This document shows positions 1-10,380 of a stretch of DNA of 64,000 nt, piece by piece. A model generated the notes under the pieces. That model worked only from the letters and a program-made list of their open reading frames with translations, had not been told where the DNA came from and did not search any database. This stretch comes from an uncultured Bacteroidota bacterium (GTDB lineage: Bacteria; Bacteroidota; Bacteroidia; Bacteroidales; JAAUTT01). A program made the position numbers and the translations under genes. How positions within the stretch are numbered: position 1 is the stretch's first letter; every line of letters begins with the position of its first letter. Location: assembly GCA_963766305.1 (NCBI GenBank), contig CAVYAE010000071.1, positions 19,054 to 83,053 of the forward strand, given 5' to 3'.

Positions 1-204
1 AAAAACTTGTTAACATCCAACTCTGTTGATGGAATTCCTATATTATTAAATGATAAATATTTAAATGGTGATAATCAGAAATATTTCCAAAATATTAAGT
101 TTGATTTTAAGGAAATCAGATCAGCTATACCTGTTACTGTAGAGGAACTGCAAACTGAAATGATGTGGCAAAATAAATTTTATTGCATTACATTTAGAAA
201 ATAG
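1..204 (+). CDS. hypothetical protein, C-terminal part (gene starts upstream of window)
   Basis: Frame is open from nt 1 (KNLLTSNSVDGIPILL...), stop at 202-204; no diagnostic motif recognised. Confidence 0.3.
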   Translation, partial: KNLLTSNSVDGIPILLNDKYLNGDNQKYFQNIKFDFKEIRSAIPVTVEELQTEMMWQNKFYCITFRK

Positions 205-452
205 AACATGGTAGTGTAAATAATATAGCATATTTTCATGAGTTTGCCCATACCAACTAAAAATAATGGAAACATCCTGCAGACTTTGAAAATTGATAAT
301 GAAGTGTTCATCATACAGTGGTTTGCCTTTGTAAAATTAAAGTATTGTATTTGAATAATTGCTGAAAATTAAAGCTTTATATAATGCTGTAACCAAGTCT
401 GATTATTTAACTTCATCCTTCTTTTTAGAGCAAGTTGCAAAGTATTCATAAA

Positions 453-1064
453 TTAGGTTTTTTCCAGGTCCGTCATATTGTCCTTAAGCTGCTTTAACTT
501 GCCATTATAAATGCTAACAATTTTTAAACTTAAAAACATTCCCAAAGGAACTCCTATAATTAGCCCCAATAGAATTTTCAGTACAGAAAAACTACTACCA
601 GGTATTTCAGAAATAGGTTTGGCTGCAAAAAATACCTGAATGGAAATGGAGAATAAAATAATAATTATAAGTAAAATCAGGTTCTGATATTTTACATTTC
701 TTCTCTTTTTTTCTAAAGCCCAAATATTGTCTTCAATGAAATCATGCATGTTGGTATCTTCAGATATTGAAGGCTTAAAATGCCGGATAGCTATTAACGA
801 GCCAATTAATCCGGCTATTACAATAAGGAGGAGAATCCCATTTATCAGAATAAAATAGCCATCATAATTCCTCATTATGGCAGACAAAATCAAATAAACA
901 GCAGCACAAGCACTTATTCCAACTGATATTATATGAAATAATGCAAATTCTTTTAAAATCCTTTTTTGTTTTTTCATAAGTATTAATTTTAGTTGTTCTT
1001 TATTCAAATTATTTAGGAAGTGATCATTCTTTTTCCAAATTTTATGTAAATCCGTATTTTCCAT
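453..1064 (-). CDS. multi-pass membrane protein, putative anti-sigma partner of upstream ECF sigma
   Basis: Overlaps the stop of the sigma gene by 23 nt; short soluble N-terminus followed by several hydrophobic helices. Confidence 0.45.
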   Translation of the reverse strand: MENTDLHKIWKKNDHFLNNLNKEQLKLILMKKQKRILKEFALFHIISVGISACAAVYLILSAIMRNYDGYFILINGILLLIVIAGLIGSLIAIRHFKPSISEDTNMHDFIEDNIWALEKKRRNVKYQNLILLIIIILFSISIQVFFAAKPISEIPGSSFSVLKILLGLIIGVPLGMFLSLKIVSIYNGKLKQLKDNMTDLEKT

Positions 1065-1569
1065 TTCCGTCGTTATTTATTATTGATTTTAACTTTTCTT
1101 TGATTCTTAATATTTTCACACCAATATTGGTCTTTGACATACCTGTTATATCAGCAATTTCAGCATAATCTTTTTCGTCCAGGTATAACATAATAATTGC
1201 TTTTTCAATATCATTCAATTTATTTATTGCATTATTCAACCTTGTAAAATCTTCATCACGACACAACTTATCTTCAAAATCATCAATCAAAGACGATTCC
1301 GGGATTTCACTTTGATAACTCATTTTCACATCTTTTCTAATTTTAACAATAGATGTAAAAATTGATACTTTATAAATCCATGAACCTATTTTTGATTTAT
1401 CCTTTAATGTTGGATATGATTTCCATAACTGATATAAAATTTCCTGAAAGTTTTCTTCTCTTTCATCTTTTGTTTTAAAATAAATCCAACAGACTTTATG
1501 AAGTATTCTCTGATAATTCCTGATGATTTCAATGAATTCATCATCAAGTTCATGTTTATTATGGCTCAT
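1042..1569 (-). CDS. RNA polymerase ECF-type sigma-70 factor
   Basis: 175 aa; region-2-like EENFQEILYQLWKSY...GSWIYKVS and C-terminal HTH (YAEIADITGMSKTNIGVKILRIKEKL). Confidence 0.8.
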   Translation of the reverse strand: MSHNKHELDDEFIEIIRNYQRILHKVCWIYFKTKDEREENFQEILYQLWKSYPTLKDKSKIGSWIYKVSIFTSIVKIRKDVKMSYQSEIPESSLIDDFEDKLCRDEDFTRLNNAINKLNDIEKAIIMLYLDEKDYAEIADITGMSKTNIGVKILRIKEKLKSIINNDGNGKYGFT

Positions 1570-1687
1570 TCTAAATATTAATTATTATACATTAAAGTAG
1601 GGGAATGATTAAAAAAATTACAAATAACTACAAATATTTTCGAATATTCATGTCATGTATCTCAACTGCAAATATTTAGACAATTTG

Positions 1688-2290
1688 CTATGTGTTCAAT
1701 GATTCCCAGAGATACCAAACCGCGATTGTTTTATAATTACCCCATCTGGCGGATATATTTATAATTTCATTATGGAAATCCTGTTTGCTGATATTATATT
1801 GTTTACAAACAGCCCTTTGAAACCCGACGTCATTTACAGGTAGTACATTTAATCTATTTAAACTAAAAATTAAAAACATGTGGGCCGTCCAAATACCTGC
1901 ACCTCTTAAGGATGTAATTTTTTCAATTACCTCATTATCTTCTAAATCAAAAATATCATCAAAAGAAAACGATTTTTCCATGACTTGTTTTGAAATATCT
2001 AATACATAACCTGCTTTAGATTTTGACAGACCTACCTCCCGCAAATCAGCTACTGAAAATTTACAAATATTTTCAGGCTTAATTTCTCCAATTAGGTTAT
2101 GAAAGCGTATAAATATAGACTCAGCAGCTTTTACAGAAATTTGTTGGGAAATTATTTTTCTAATTATATCTTTAAAATAAGTTTTTGATGGCTCAAGTAT
2201 GCAGGGGCCTAAATTATCTATAAGCTTACTAATGATTTCATCATTATTATATAAAAAGGCAACCCCTTCATTTACATTCGTATCAATCAT
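1688..2290 (-). CDS. DNA-3-methyladenine glycosylase II family (HhH-GPD, AlkA-like)
   Basis: ISQQISVKAAESI, LREVGLSKSKAGY, LRGAGIWTAHMFLIF, PVNDVGFQRA are typical HhH-GPD glycosylase motifs. Confidence 0.75.
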   Translation of the reverse strand: MIDTNVNEGVAFLYNNDEIISKLIDNLGPCILEPSKTYFKDIIRKIISQQISVKAAESIFIRFHNLIGEIKPENICKFSVADLREVGLSKSKAGYVLDISKQVMEKSFSFDDIFDLEDNEVIEKITSLRGAGIWTAHMFLIFSLNRLNVLPVNDVGFQRAVCKQYNISKQDFHNEIINISARWGNYKTIAVWYLWESLNT

Positions 2291-2658
2291 AATGTTTTGT
2301 ATAAATGTACAATAACTGAAATCATATTCCTTAATAAATATTCAGATTAAATTGGTAACCATTGCTTAAAATCTGCACCTTAAATTTATATATTTACCGG
2401 TAATCTTTAATCGGGCAATTTACAATTAACTTAATTTTATGTTATAAAAAATAATGAATTAACATCCATTATTGAGCATTGTGATAAAGTTAGCTTTGTT
2501 GCATATTAAAAGGTTAATCCCTATTATAAACAATTTTTTCCCATTGTATTGTGGTTTTTCGATTCGTTGTATTAAGAATTAATTTATTCCATTCATTTGA
2601 CAAGTCGAAAATGAATCAAAATATAACAATACTTAGTCTGGATGATATTTCGATTTTA

Positions 2659-3234
2659 TCATTTCATTTCAGGATTAGCCATATTGATTGTATTAAGCTT
2701 ATAGTAATCCTGAATATTAAAATCCCAATCGTAAATTTTGAATATTTGTGGACGACATATAAACTTTATACCGCTAATGACGATTGCTATACCTATTCCG
2801 GTAATAAATAACCCTCCAATAATAAGAGGAACACCTATGTAACCAATACTTCCAAACTCCTGGTTGCTGATCAAACTCAGTGCTAATATACCATAGCCTG
2901 ACAAAATTATTCCTCCGGGTGTTACAATCAAACCTCCGGTTAATAAAAACGCACCTAAAATAATTTTAAGTGCTGGCTTTGCTTCTATTTCTTCAATATT
3001 ATTAAGTCTAATAATATTATTGCCAACTTTAATTGCGGAATCATTTACAATATTTAATTTACCTCTGTATATCCGGCTGTTAAAACAACTGATTGTAATG
3101 TTTTGATTTTGTAAAATTATTTTATGCTTTCCACTCTTTATATTTTTTATTACTAATACATCATTTTGTCCATAAATACCAATTAGTAAGGTTAATGCAA
3201 AACTCAGAAAAAATATAATTTTTTTAATTACCAT
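2659..3234 (-). CDS. secreted/membrane protein with glycine-zipper-like C-terminal half (paralog of 5807..6343)
   Basis: Signal peptide, VIKNxxSGK..Q.I...C.N....G.L.I block, Gly/Ile-rich hydrophobic region, WDF near the C-terminus; same layout as 5807..6343. Confidence 0.5.
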   Translation of the reverse strand: MVIKKIIFFLSFALTLLIGIYGQNDVLVIKNIKSGKHKIILQNQNITISCFNSRIYRGKLNIVNDSAIKVGNNIIRLNNIEEIEAKPALKIILGAFLLTGGLIVTPGGIILSGYGILALSLISNQEFGSIGYIGVPLIIGGLFITGIGIAIVISGIKFICRPQIFKIYDWDFNIQDYYKLNTINMANPEMK

Positions 3235-3832
3235 TAATTATGTGTTTGTTATTTAATTAGTTGTAAAACTTAATATAGATCCAAATGCATTAAAGGTACT
3301 ATTAGAAGGTGGTTTATACATTTCAGTTCAAGGATCAGCATTATAATCCAAATCATTTTCAATTAAATTGTTTTTTACCTACTACTATTTCTACCTGTCC
3401 ATTATAAGTACCTTCTATTAAAGAAAAGGGATTAAATTTATAAAGACAGACTTATATTTTAAAGAATGTTGTACTTAAATACCTGATGTAAAAAATAATA
3501 TTATAGCAAAGATTATGGAGACAAGCTTATTAACATTTTACAAATTGGATATAGTTTGTATTTCAATATAAAGTGTTAAAAGCATATAAAAAGGTTGGAT
3601 AATAAAAGATATTAAGCAAGAGGTCTTCAATTAAACCGTAAGGGTAAAATGATATTTATTGCAATTTATTGAATAAAAAAAGAATAGTTAAGCAAAAAAG
3701 GATCCTGAAATATTACAGGATTATAATGGCATGAATGCGAGTCTGCAGAATCTTCTTAATAAAGGTATTGTGTCAATAAATTAAATCCTAATTTTATTGT
3801 GATTTTTGTTTTAACACTACAAATTTTTAAGG

Positions 3833-4336
3833 ATGTATTTCACTGTTAATGATTTTAACCAGGCAACAGATTTAGCTGAGTTAGTGGCTAATATAGACAG
3901 TATAGATGCCAATTATGTTGACAAGATATCGGATGAAATATATATATACCAACCTTTCTTTTTATCTTTTATATTGGGTTATAGCCTTGATGTAACAGAA
4001 GAGGAGATGGAAGAAATTATTAAAATTCACCTTATTATATGGCTATATTTCAGATCAAATAAAAATGTCCTTTCAAAAAAAGTTACCCAGGCTAAATTTA
4101 AGAAAATGAGTCAAAGAAATTTCCAAATGCTAAAATATAGTGATGGTGAAAAATCATCTGTTGCCAGGTCGGAAATTTACGATAATAACCTGCAACAACT
4201 TAAATCTAAAGCGTTAATCGGGGCTATATTTTTTAGGGTTAAAAACAGACCTATATTGATCAAAATGGACGCTTATTTTAAAAGTTGTATGATGATCGGT
4301 GTTAAAAGTTTTATTGAGTGCTTTGAAACAATATAA
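3833..4336 (+). CDS. hypothetical protein
   Basis: 167-aa ORF in otherwise ORF-free region; no motif recognised. Confidence 0.4.
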   Translation: MYFTVNDFNQATDLAELVANIDSIDANYVDKISDEIYIYQPFFLSFILGYSLDVTEEEMEEIIKIHLIIWLYFRSNKNVLSKKVTQAKFKKMSQRNFQMLKYSDGEKSSVARSEIYDNNLQQLKSKALIGAIFFRVKNRPILIKMDAYFKSCMMIGVKSFIECFETI

Positions 4337-4700
4337 TATCCAAAGCATTCATAATTGAAAATTATGAGCTTAGAAAAGTAGGTTAATTTTAAATATAATA
4401 ATCCATGTAATAAACATATATTTAAATATTTAAGAAGCTGCTTTGCGGATTAGAGAACGGAAACTGGTAGTACCCCTACTAATGAAAATAATTTTATCCA
4501 AGCCAACCTGCAGTGATTTATGTACTTCCTTTTAATTTACCCCAAAGGAGGATAAGATTTTGTTTCCTTAAATCAAAAGCTATTACGGTCATAAAAAGAA
4601 TAAAGGTGAATGACCAACAATGCAGGAAAGAATGGAGATTTGAAAGTGGTTTTTGAAAGAATAGCATGTCTCGGTAGTTTTGAAGTAACTAATTATCTTA

Positions 4701-4916
4701 ATGGCTAATTTATCTTCTTTATTATACAAAGAAGAAAGAATAAAACGAGCTAGTATTGCTTTTTGGATTAACTTACCAATATGTTTAGTATTAATAATTG
4801 TTTTTAAATCTATTGATAGTCAGATCTTATGGAAGATTATTGCTTCTTCGATTGGGTTTATCGTGTTTTTAAGTCTAACCATCTTATTATTAAGGCTATT
4901 GATTCGATTACAATAA
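4701..4916 (+). CDS. small two-helix membrane protein (hypothetical)
   Basis: 71 aa with two hydrophobic stretches; weak support. Confidence 0.3.
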   Translation: MANLSSLLYKEERIKRASIAFWINLPICLVLIIVFKSIDSQILWKIIASSIGFIVFLSLTILLLRLLIRLQ

Positions 4917-4994
4917 AAGTAGGTTGACTAATTATTATATTGAAAATTATCAAATAATTGCTATTTTTGAATAGCTTAATTGGCAATTCAATTA

Positions 4995-5462
4995 ATGAAA
5001 CAAAGGGTATATATTGATACTTCTGTTATTGGAGGATGTTTTGATACAGAATTTGAAGAATGGTCAAAAAAATTGTTTGATGATTTTAGAACTGGTAAAA
5101 AAGTTGCCGTAATATCTGATATTACGCTAGATGAGTTATCAAATGCGCCAGAAAATGTTCAAAACAATTTTAAAGCATTGCCGGAAGAAAATATTGAGAT
5201 GTTAATATCAGAGGAAGAATCTAGAATACTAGCAAATAAATACATATTAGAAGGTGCAGTTTCTAAAAAATTCTACGAAGATGCGCTTCACATTGCTATA
5301 TCTACCATAAATCAGGTAAATGTATTAGCAAGTTGGAATTTTAAACATATAGTTAATCTTGATAAAATCAGAATGTATAATGCTGTTAATTTGAAAAATG
5401 GCTATTCAATTTTAGAAATAAGAAGTCCAAGAGAAATATTAAAATTCGATGATGATGACTAA
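4995..5462 (+). CDS. PIN-domain-like protein (VapC-like toxin candidate)
   Basis: N-terminal VYIDTSVIGG (first acidic PIN residue context), later acidic/Ser-Thr positions (ISDITLDE, DALHIA); ATG at 4995 preferred over TTG at 4980. Confidence 0.6.
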   Translation: MKQRVYIDTSVIGGCFDTEFEEWSKKLFDDFRTGKKVAVISDITLDELSNAPENVQNNFKALPEENIEMLISEEESRILANKYILEGAVSKKFYEDALHIAISTINQVNVLASWNFKHIVNLDKIRMYNAVNLKNGYSILEIRSPREILKFDDDD

Positions 5463-5616
5463 TAAATCATTTGATGCAGTTAAAATGATGAGGGATATTC
5501 GATCAAAACATCATGATGAATACGAAAACAATCCGGATTTAAGAGAACAAAGGTTAGCCGAAATTCGAAAAAAGTATAAAGCTAGATTCAAAAATAATAG
5601 AGCCGTTAGTATTTGA
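5449..5616 (+). CDS. 55-aa charged micro-protein overlapping the PIN gene stop (possible cognate partner)
   Basis: ATGATGATG start overlaps the last 14 nt of the PIN ORF; translation MMMTNKSFDAVKMMRDIRSKHHDEYENNPDLREQRLAEIRKKYKARFKNNRAVSI; below the ORF-track size cutoff. Confidence 0.4.
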   Translation: MMMTNKSFDAVKMMRDIRSKHHDEYENNPDLREQRLAEIRKKYKARFKNNRAVSI

Positions 5617-5806
5617 AACCAATCGCAAACTTTTAATTTTAAGATTTGTTGTATGGAAATTTATTATGTTAAATAGCAACTAATTGAATATAAATTAGTT
5701 GCTATTTAACAGTTTTATTATAAACTAAATAACATCTATACACCTAATTATCAACATAATACTATTTATCAAATAAATTATAAGACAATGTTCAAAGAAT
5801 CTTGAG

Positions 5807-6343
5807 TTATTTTATCCTTACTATAAAATCCCAATTATCTCTGTCACCTTTTTTCCCATTATTTAATATAGAGATTCCTGCCAAAGATATAAATCCACCA
5901 CCAATTATTTCAAAAATGCCAATATTAGTGTAAAAATTTGATCCTATATCACCTTGGTGGCTATTTGCATTAATAACATTTCCAATACCTACTATTGCCG
6001 TCAAACTACCTACTCCAGTTATTATACTTCCAATACTTCTTGCAGTTAACGATTTTATATTTATCGCTTCTATTGAATTAATAGAGAAAATATTTTTAAT
6101 AATATTTGATGTTTCTCCACTGTTTACATAGTTATCTATCTCAATATTCGAACAATCAATTATTTTTAGTTGACCTTTGGCTATACTCTTATTGTAGCAA
6201 TAAACTTTTATATTTTGCCCATCATGAAATACTACTTCTTTACCAGAAATTCTGTTTTTAATTACTAGTTCTTTTGTTTGGCTATACCCATGAATTAGAA
6301 CTAATAATAATACTAAGCAAAGAATAGTCATTTTTCTATTCAT
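5807..6343 (-). CDS. secreted/membrane protein with glycine-zipper-like C-terminal half (paralog of 2659..3234)
   Basis: Signal peptide; VIKNRISGKEVVF..QNIKVYCYNKSIAKGQLKII aligns by eye with 2659..3234; Gly-rich hydrophobic region; WDF near the end. Confidence 0.5.
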   Translation of the reverse strand: MNRKMTILCLVLLLVLIHGYSQTKELVIKNRISGKEVVFHDGQNIKVYCYNKSIAKGQLKIIDCSNIEIDNYVNSGETSNIIKNIFSINSIEAINIKSLTARSIGSIITGVGSLTAIVGIGNVINANSHQGDIGSNFYTNIGIFEIIGGGFISLAGISILNNGKKGDRDNWDFIVRIK

Positions 6344-6587
6344 ATATGAAGTTTAAACTTTCCTGGTTTTTAATTTAATATAAAGTGGGAAAATTAAACA
6401 AAAGGTTGGAAAATATTTAAATTTCACAAATTCCAAAACAGGTCAAAAAATCGTTTTTGCTTAACATAATCATTATAGGACAAATTGGCTTTCTCTTGAA
6501 AAACGTCTTTTATTCAACAAAGTTTACTATAAATTCATTTGTAGCTGAGTCTTTTCCATTTGTCCAAAAGTATTTTTGCATATAAAT

Positions 6588-6818
6588 TTATTGTTCTTTT
6601 AAAGGGGGTAAATTTTTAGGCAAAATAGCTCCTTTTTCACAATCACTGAAATAATAAAATTTATTGCCAATCCATCCACACCCAGATTTATTATTAAGGC
6701 AACCGGGATACCCTCCCTCTTTTATGAATTTATTTCCTGAATTAAATATTAAAAATTCTCGTCCACAACTTGATCCATATTCAAAAGCATGATATCGGTT
6801 ATCTTCAGAACAAAGATC
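6588..6818 (-). pseudogene. start-less ORF fragment (Cys/Gly-rich), probable gene remnant
   Basis: 76 sense codons (DLCSEDNRYHAFEYGSSCGREFLIFNSGNKF...KNLPPLKEQ) bounded by an in-frame stop upstream and lacking any ATG; further broken reading frames up to ~7090. Confidence 0.3.
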
Positions 6819-7196
6819 TTAGAAAACTTAGAAATCAATTATCTCCTAAATTGAGCAGCAAGATAGTAGGGCAGGGCCCTCTACTAATTTCTCGCTTGAT
6901 ATGCATACTTATCATATTTTTGCTGTGGCCCCTTTGTTAAAGCAACAGATAATTTTTGACAAGTGGTATACTTTTGAACTGAAATAGTGGTACCTTTTTC
7001 AATTAACACATATATAATTCGCCCTTATGCATCTCTATTAATAATACAATTTTTTATGTTCAAGGGACATCTCGTTTTGAACAAACATGTTTTCTAAAAA
7101 ATGGGGAATTAATTATTAAAAATCAAGGCACTACCGATTGTTGGGTGTATATTTATTAAATTATAGTAGTATAAAATAATTTAAAATGTTAATGAT

Positions 7197-7868
7197 ATGA
7201 AGAAAGGAATGTTTATTTTATTGCTATCGATATTACTACATAAATCAATATTATTATCTCAAACCAAATTACAGGCATTGGATCATAACATTATAAATAA
7301 TAAATTCATTGTACTGGTACCTAATAAAGGGATCATTTTATTTAATGATACATTATTTATTAATGCTAAATGTATAAATGATATACAGAACTTATTAAAT
7401 AAGAATTCTATAAATTATTCATTGAATTATAATGATCCTCAAGTTGGTTTGTATGCTATTAACTCTCCTCCACCAAACTTATTAAGTGAATGGCATCCTG
7501 ACAAACCAACTTCCTATTCAATTTTCTTAGCTACACTTAATACTGAGAGTATAAAATTTACATTTATGTATTGTTCCTTTCCAATGCAAACTATAAACTG
7601 GGATAATTCAATCAAAGATAGCCTTAAATTAAAAACTATAGAGATTTTCAAACTATCAAATGCAGGGTTAAATAATAACCTAAAAGTTGGCGATGAATAT
7701 GAGAATATATTTAAATATTTTAAAGAGCCACCAGAAGATGGAAAAATTATAAAAAGTTTTTATGAATATAATGGCGTGATATTTAAGTTGGATTTAGATT
7801 CTTTACATTCTGAAACATATAAAAAAATTATATCAATTGAGATTAACAATCATAAAGGTGAGTTATAG
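7197..7868 (+). CDS. hypothetical secreted protein
   Basis: 223 aa with N-terminal signal-like MKKGMFILLLSILL; no motif recognised. Confidence 0.45.
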   Translation: MKKGMFILLLSILLHKSILLSQTKLQALDHNIINNKFIVLVPNKGIILFNDTLFINAKCINDIQNLLNKNSINYSLNYNDPQVGLYAINSPPPNLLSEWHPDKPTSYSIFLATLNTESIKFTFMYCSFPMQTINWDNSIKDSLKLKTIEIFKLSNAGLNNNLKVGDEYENIFKYFKEPPEDGKIIKSFYEYNGVIFKLDLDSLHSETYKKIISIEINNHKGEL

Positions 7869-8189
7869 AGTTAAATAATAATTTATTTTATTGAGTTTTG
7901 CTAATGTAAGCATATGGTGTAAATGCACTTCACTAATATATCTTCTTTATTATATAATCACTTCCTTTTGTAATAAATGCTATTTCTTTGGTATCCTTAT
8001 TTAATAATATAATCCTATCATTGATCATACACATTAGTTCAGAATTATTTAAAATAGATACTTCCCTGGATATTCCGGAACATATGTCCGGAATACGCAC
8101 ATAATACAACTTCGTGCCTAAGTTGAATTATGATCTATACATTATAATTATAAGACATATTTCACAGAATCTTTTGATTATTCATGAAA

Positions 8190-8915
8190 CTAACCTACGA
8201 ATTCAGGATTCTTTTTTCGAGTAGTAAAATAAATCAGAATGATACCCCCAAAAATAAAGGGAATAGACAGTAATTGTCCCATATTAACTACCATTGATTT
8301 TTCAAAAGCTACTTGTTCATTTTTAATAAATTCAATTAAAAACCTGGCTGTAAAAAATAAAATCAGGAAAATACCGAATAATAACCCCTCTTTAGGTTTT
8401 CTATTCTGTTTGTAATATAGCCTGAGTAATATGCCAAATATTACCAGATTCGCTAAGGCCTCATAAATTTGTGTTGGATGTTTCGGGATGGTTTCACCAA
8501 CTCGTTGAAATATAAATCCCCATGGCAAGTTAGTCTCATGACCGTAGATTTCTGAATTCATAAGGTTCCCCATACGAATAAAAAAGCCACCCAAAGCACC
8601 TGTAATTACAATTCTGTCAACGACACACAGAAGTGAAAGTTTTTGCTTACGGGAAAAAAAGAATAAGGCCAAGAAAATCCCTATTGCACCACCATGGCTA
8701 GCCAATCCCCCTTGCCAGATCATCATAATTTCAATAGGATTTCTTAAATAAACATCTGGCTGATACAACAAACAATGTCCTAAACGTGCCCCGACAATAG
8801 TACCAACGGCCATATAGACGGTTAGCCTATCCAACACTGCAATTGGTACATTTTCCAAACTAAAGAATTTGGTAAATAACAGGTAACCAAAAATGAAATA
8901 TCTCAGGATTAACAT
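8190..8915 (-). CDS. lgt: prolipoprotein diacylglyceryl transferase (5' end questionable)
   Basis: GGLASHGGAIG, GARLGH, PTQIYEA and multi-TM layout typical of Lgt; ORF starts directly in the first hydrophobic helix (MLILRYF). Confidence 0.8.
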   Translation of the reverse strand: MLILRYFIFGYLLFTKFFSLENVPIAVLDRLTVYMAVGTIVGARLGHCLLYQPDVYLRNPIEIMMIWQGGLASHGGAIGIFLALFFFSRKQKLSLLCVVDRIVITGALGGFFIRMGNLMNSEIYGHETNLPWGFIFQRVGETIPKHPTQIYEALANLVIFGILLRLYYKQNRKPKEGLLFGIFLILFFTARFLIEFIKNEQVAFEKSMVVNMGQLLSIPFIFGGIILIYFTTRKKNPEFVG

Positions 8916-8996
8916 TCCAGTGTATAAAATCGAACATCATAAATATATTAATAATGTAAGTTACCTAACTTAAAAGATTTGAATTACTTCCAGGTA

Positions 8997-9051
8997 GAGC
9001 GGATCTTTGCATCCCCGCTCCCCTAAAGACCCTTACGAGCGGCTTTCCCGC
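8997..9051. other. GC-rich segment with alternative hairpins (GAGCGG / CCGCTC / GAGCGG / CCGC)
   Basis: Direct reading: GAGCGG 8997-9002, CCGCTC 9015-9020, GAGCGG 9037-9042, GCGG/CCGC 9039-9051; stands out from AT-rich surroundings. Confidence 0.4.
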
Positions 9052-9174
9052 ATATGGTTCCTCAAAAATTGGCTTCGCTAATTAAAGCTGTGATATATTT
9101 GAGAAATGAATAAAAATTAATTTATTTTATTGCTTTATTTCTGAGATGTTCAATCAATTTTTACGTTAATAGAT

Positions 9175-10380
9175 ATGGTCAAATGTCTTGGCATACTGTT
9201 TTTTCTAATTCATTTAGAAATTATTTATTGTCAGTCAGTTAGTCCTGAGTTGGGAAAATATGTGCAATTTCTTGATAACAAGAATACAACTTGTAAAGAT
9301 TACATTTTAAATCTATTTAAAACTCATGATATTGTTTTAATATGTGAAAGGTATCATGGTGAGATCACTCAATACGATCTCATTAATGATATTGTAAGTT
9401 CTGACTATTTCATTAAAAATGTAGGAAACCTTTTCACAGAAATTGGTTCAGTGGATAGTCGAATCAATGTAAACCATTTTATAAAAACTAAATTTACAAC
9501 TGAAAAGGAAAAGCAAAAATACCAAGTTGCTAATTATAGAACAATGTTTTTCCCGATATGGGAAAAAACAAATTCCTATGATTTGTTAGGAAGGATAAAT
9601 GATTTAAATTCAAAATTGGATTCATCCGCACAGATAAATTGGTTTCCATCAGATGTCAGAAAACCAAATAAATCTGAAATATCCAATATTGATAGCTTAC
9701 GTAAATATTTTAATTTAATGCATGATCGTGACAGTATCATTGCAAGTAACGTGATTACAAAATTCGATGAAATACAATTAAAATCATCCCGAAAAAAGTG
9801 TCTTATTATCATGAATTATCGCCATGCATTTTCAAAAAATTTCTATACGGATGATACAAATGTTGGTGCCTGGTTATTTAAAAAATATGGATCAAAGTTT
9901 TCCAATGTGCTTTTGAATAATTTTGCTCCAACTTTGAATATCTTACCCTCAGATAGTTCTAAACCTAAAAGATTTCAAAATTATACAGAAATTCCTATTC
10001 AAAATGGTAAATGGGATGCTGCATTTCGAATTGCACATAAGGAAAATGTCGGATTTGATTTTAATGGATCACCTTTTGGACAGGATAGTTTGGATATTTT
10101 TCCTTACACTAAAAACAATGAAACATACGCATCAATTTTCACTGGATTTGTTTTCTATTTACCTTTTGAAAAGCATGTTGAGTCATTTGGTATTCCAAAT
10201 TTTACAGATGATGGATACTTAGATACACTTTATCTTAATCTTAAAATATTCAATCAAGCTTTTAATAAGCCATTTACTTTCAAAAAGTCTGATCTAGAGG
10301 ATCTGTCTGTTGTTAAAAAAAATGAGTATGATAATCTGGATAAAATGGAAATATTAATTGATCAATGGATTAATAAATAA
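9175..10380 (+). CDS. hypothetical secreted protein
   Basis: 401-aa ORF with signal-like N-terminus; no secure motif. Confidence 0.5.
   Translation: MVKCLGILFFLIHLEIIYCQSVSPELGKYVQFLDNKNTTCKDYILNLFKTHDIVLICERYHGEITQYDLINDIVSSDYFIKNVGNLFTEIGSVDSRINVNHFIKTKFTTEKEKQKYQVANYRTMFFPIWEKTNSYDLLGRINDLNSKLDSSAQINWFPSDVRKPNKSEISNIDSLRKYFNLMHDRDSIIASNVITKFDEIQLKSSRKKCLIIMNYRHAFSKNFYTDDTNVGAWLFKKYGSKFSNVLLNNFAPTLNILPSDSSKPKRFQNYTEIPIQNGKWDAAFRIAHKENVGFDFNGSPFGQDSLDIFPYTKNNETYASIFTGFVFYLPFEKHVESFGIPNFTDDGYLDTLYLNLKIFNQAFNKPFTFKKSDLEDLSVVKKNEYDNLDKMEILIDQWINK

Noticed and set aside
2551-2811. 86-aa plus-strand ORF
   Set aside because: Mostly antisense to the better-supported 2659..3234 gene, which has a paralog; no motifs.
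9576-10222. ORFs 9576..9812 (-) and 10004..10222 (+)
   Set aside because: Nested within or out of frame with the 401-aa ORF 9175..10380; no independent support.
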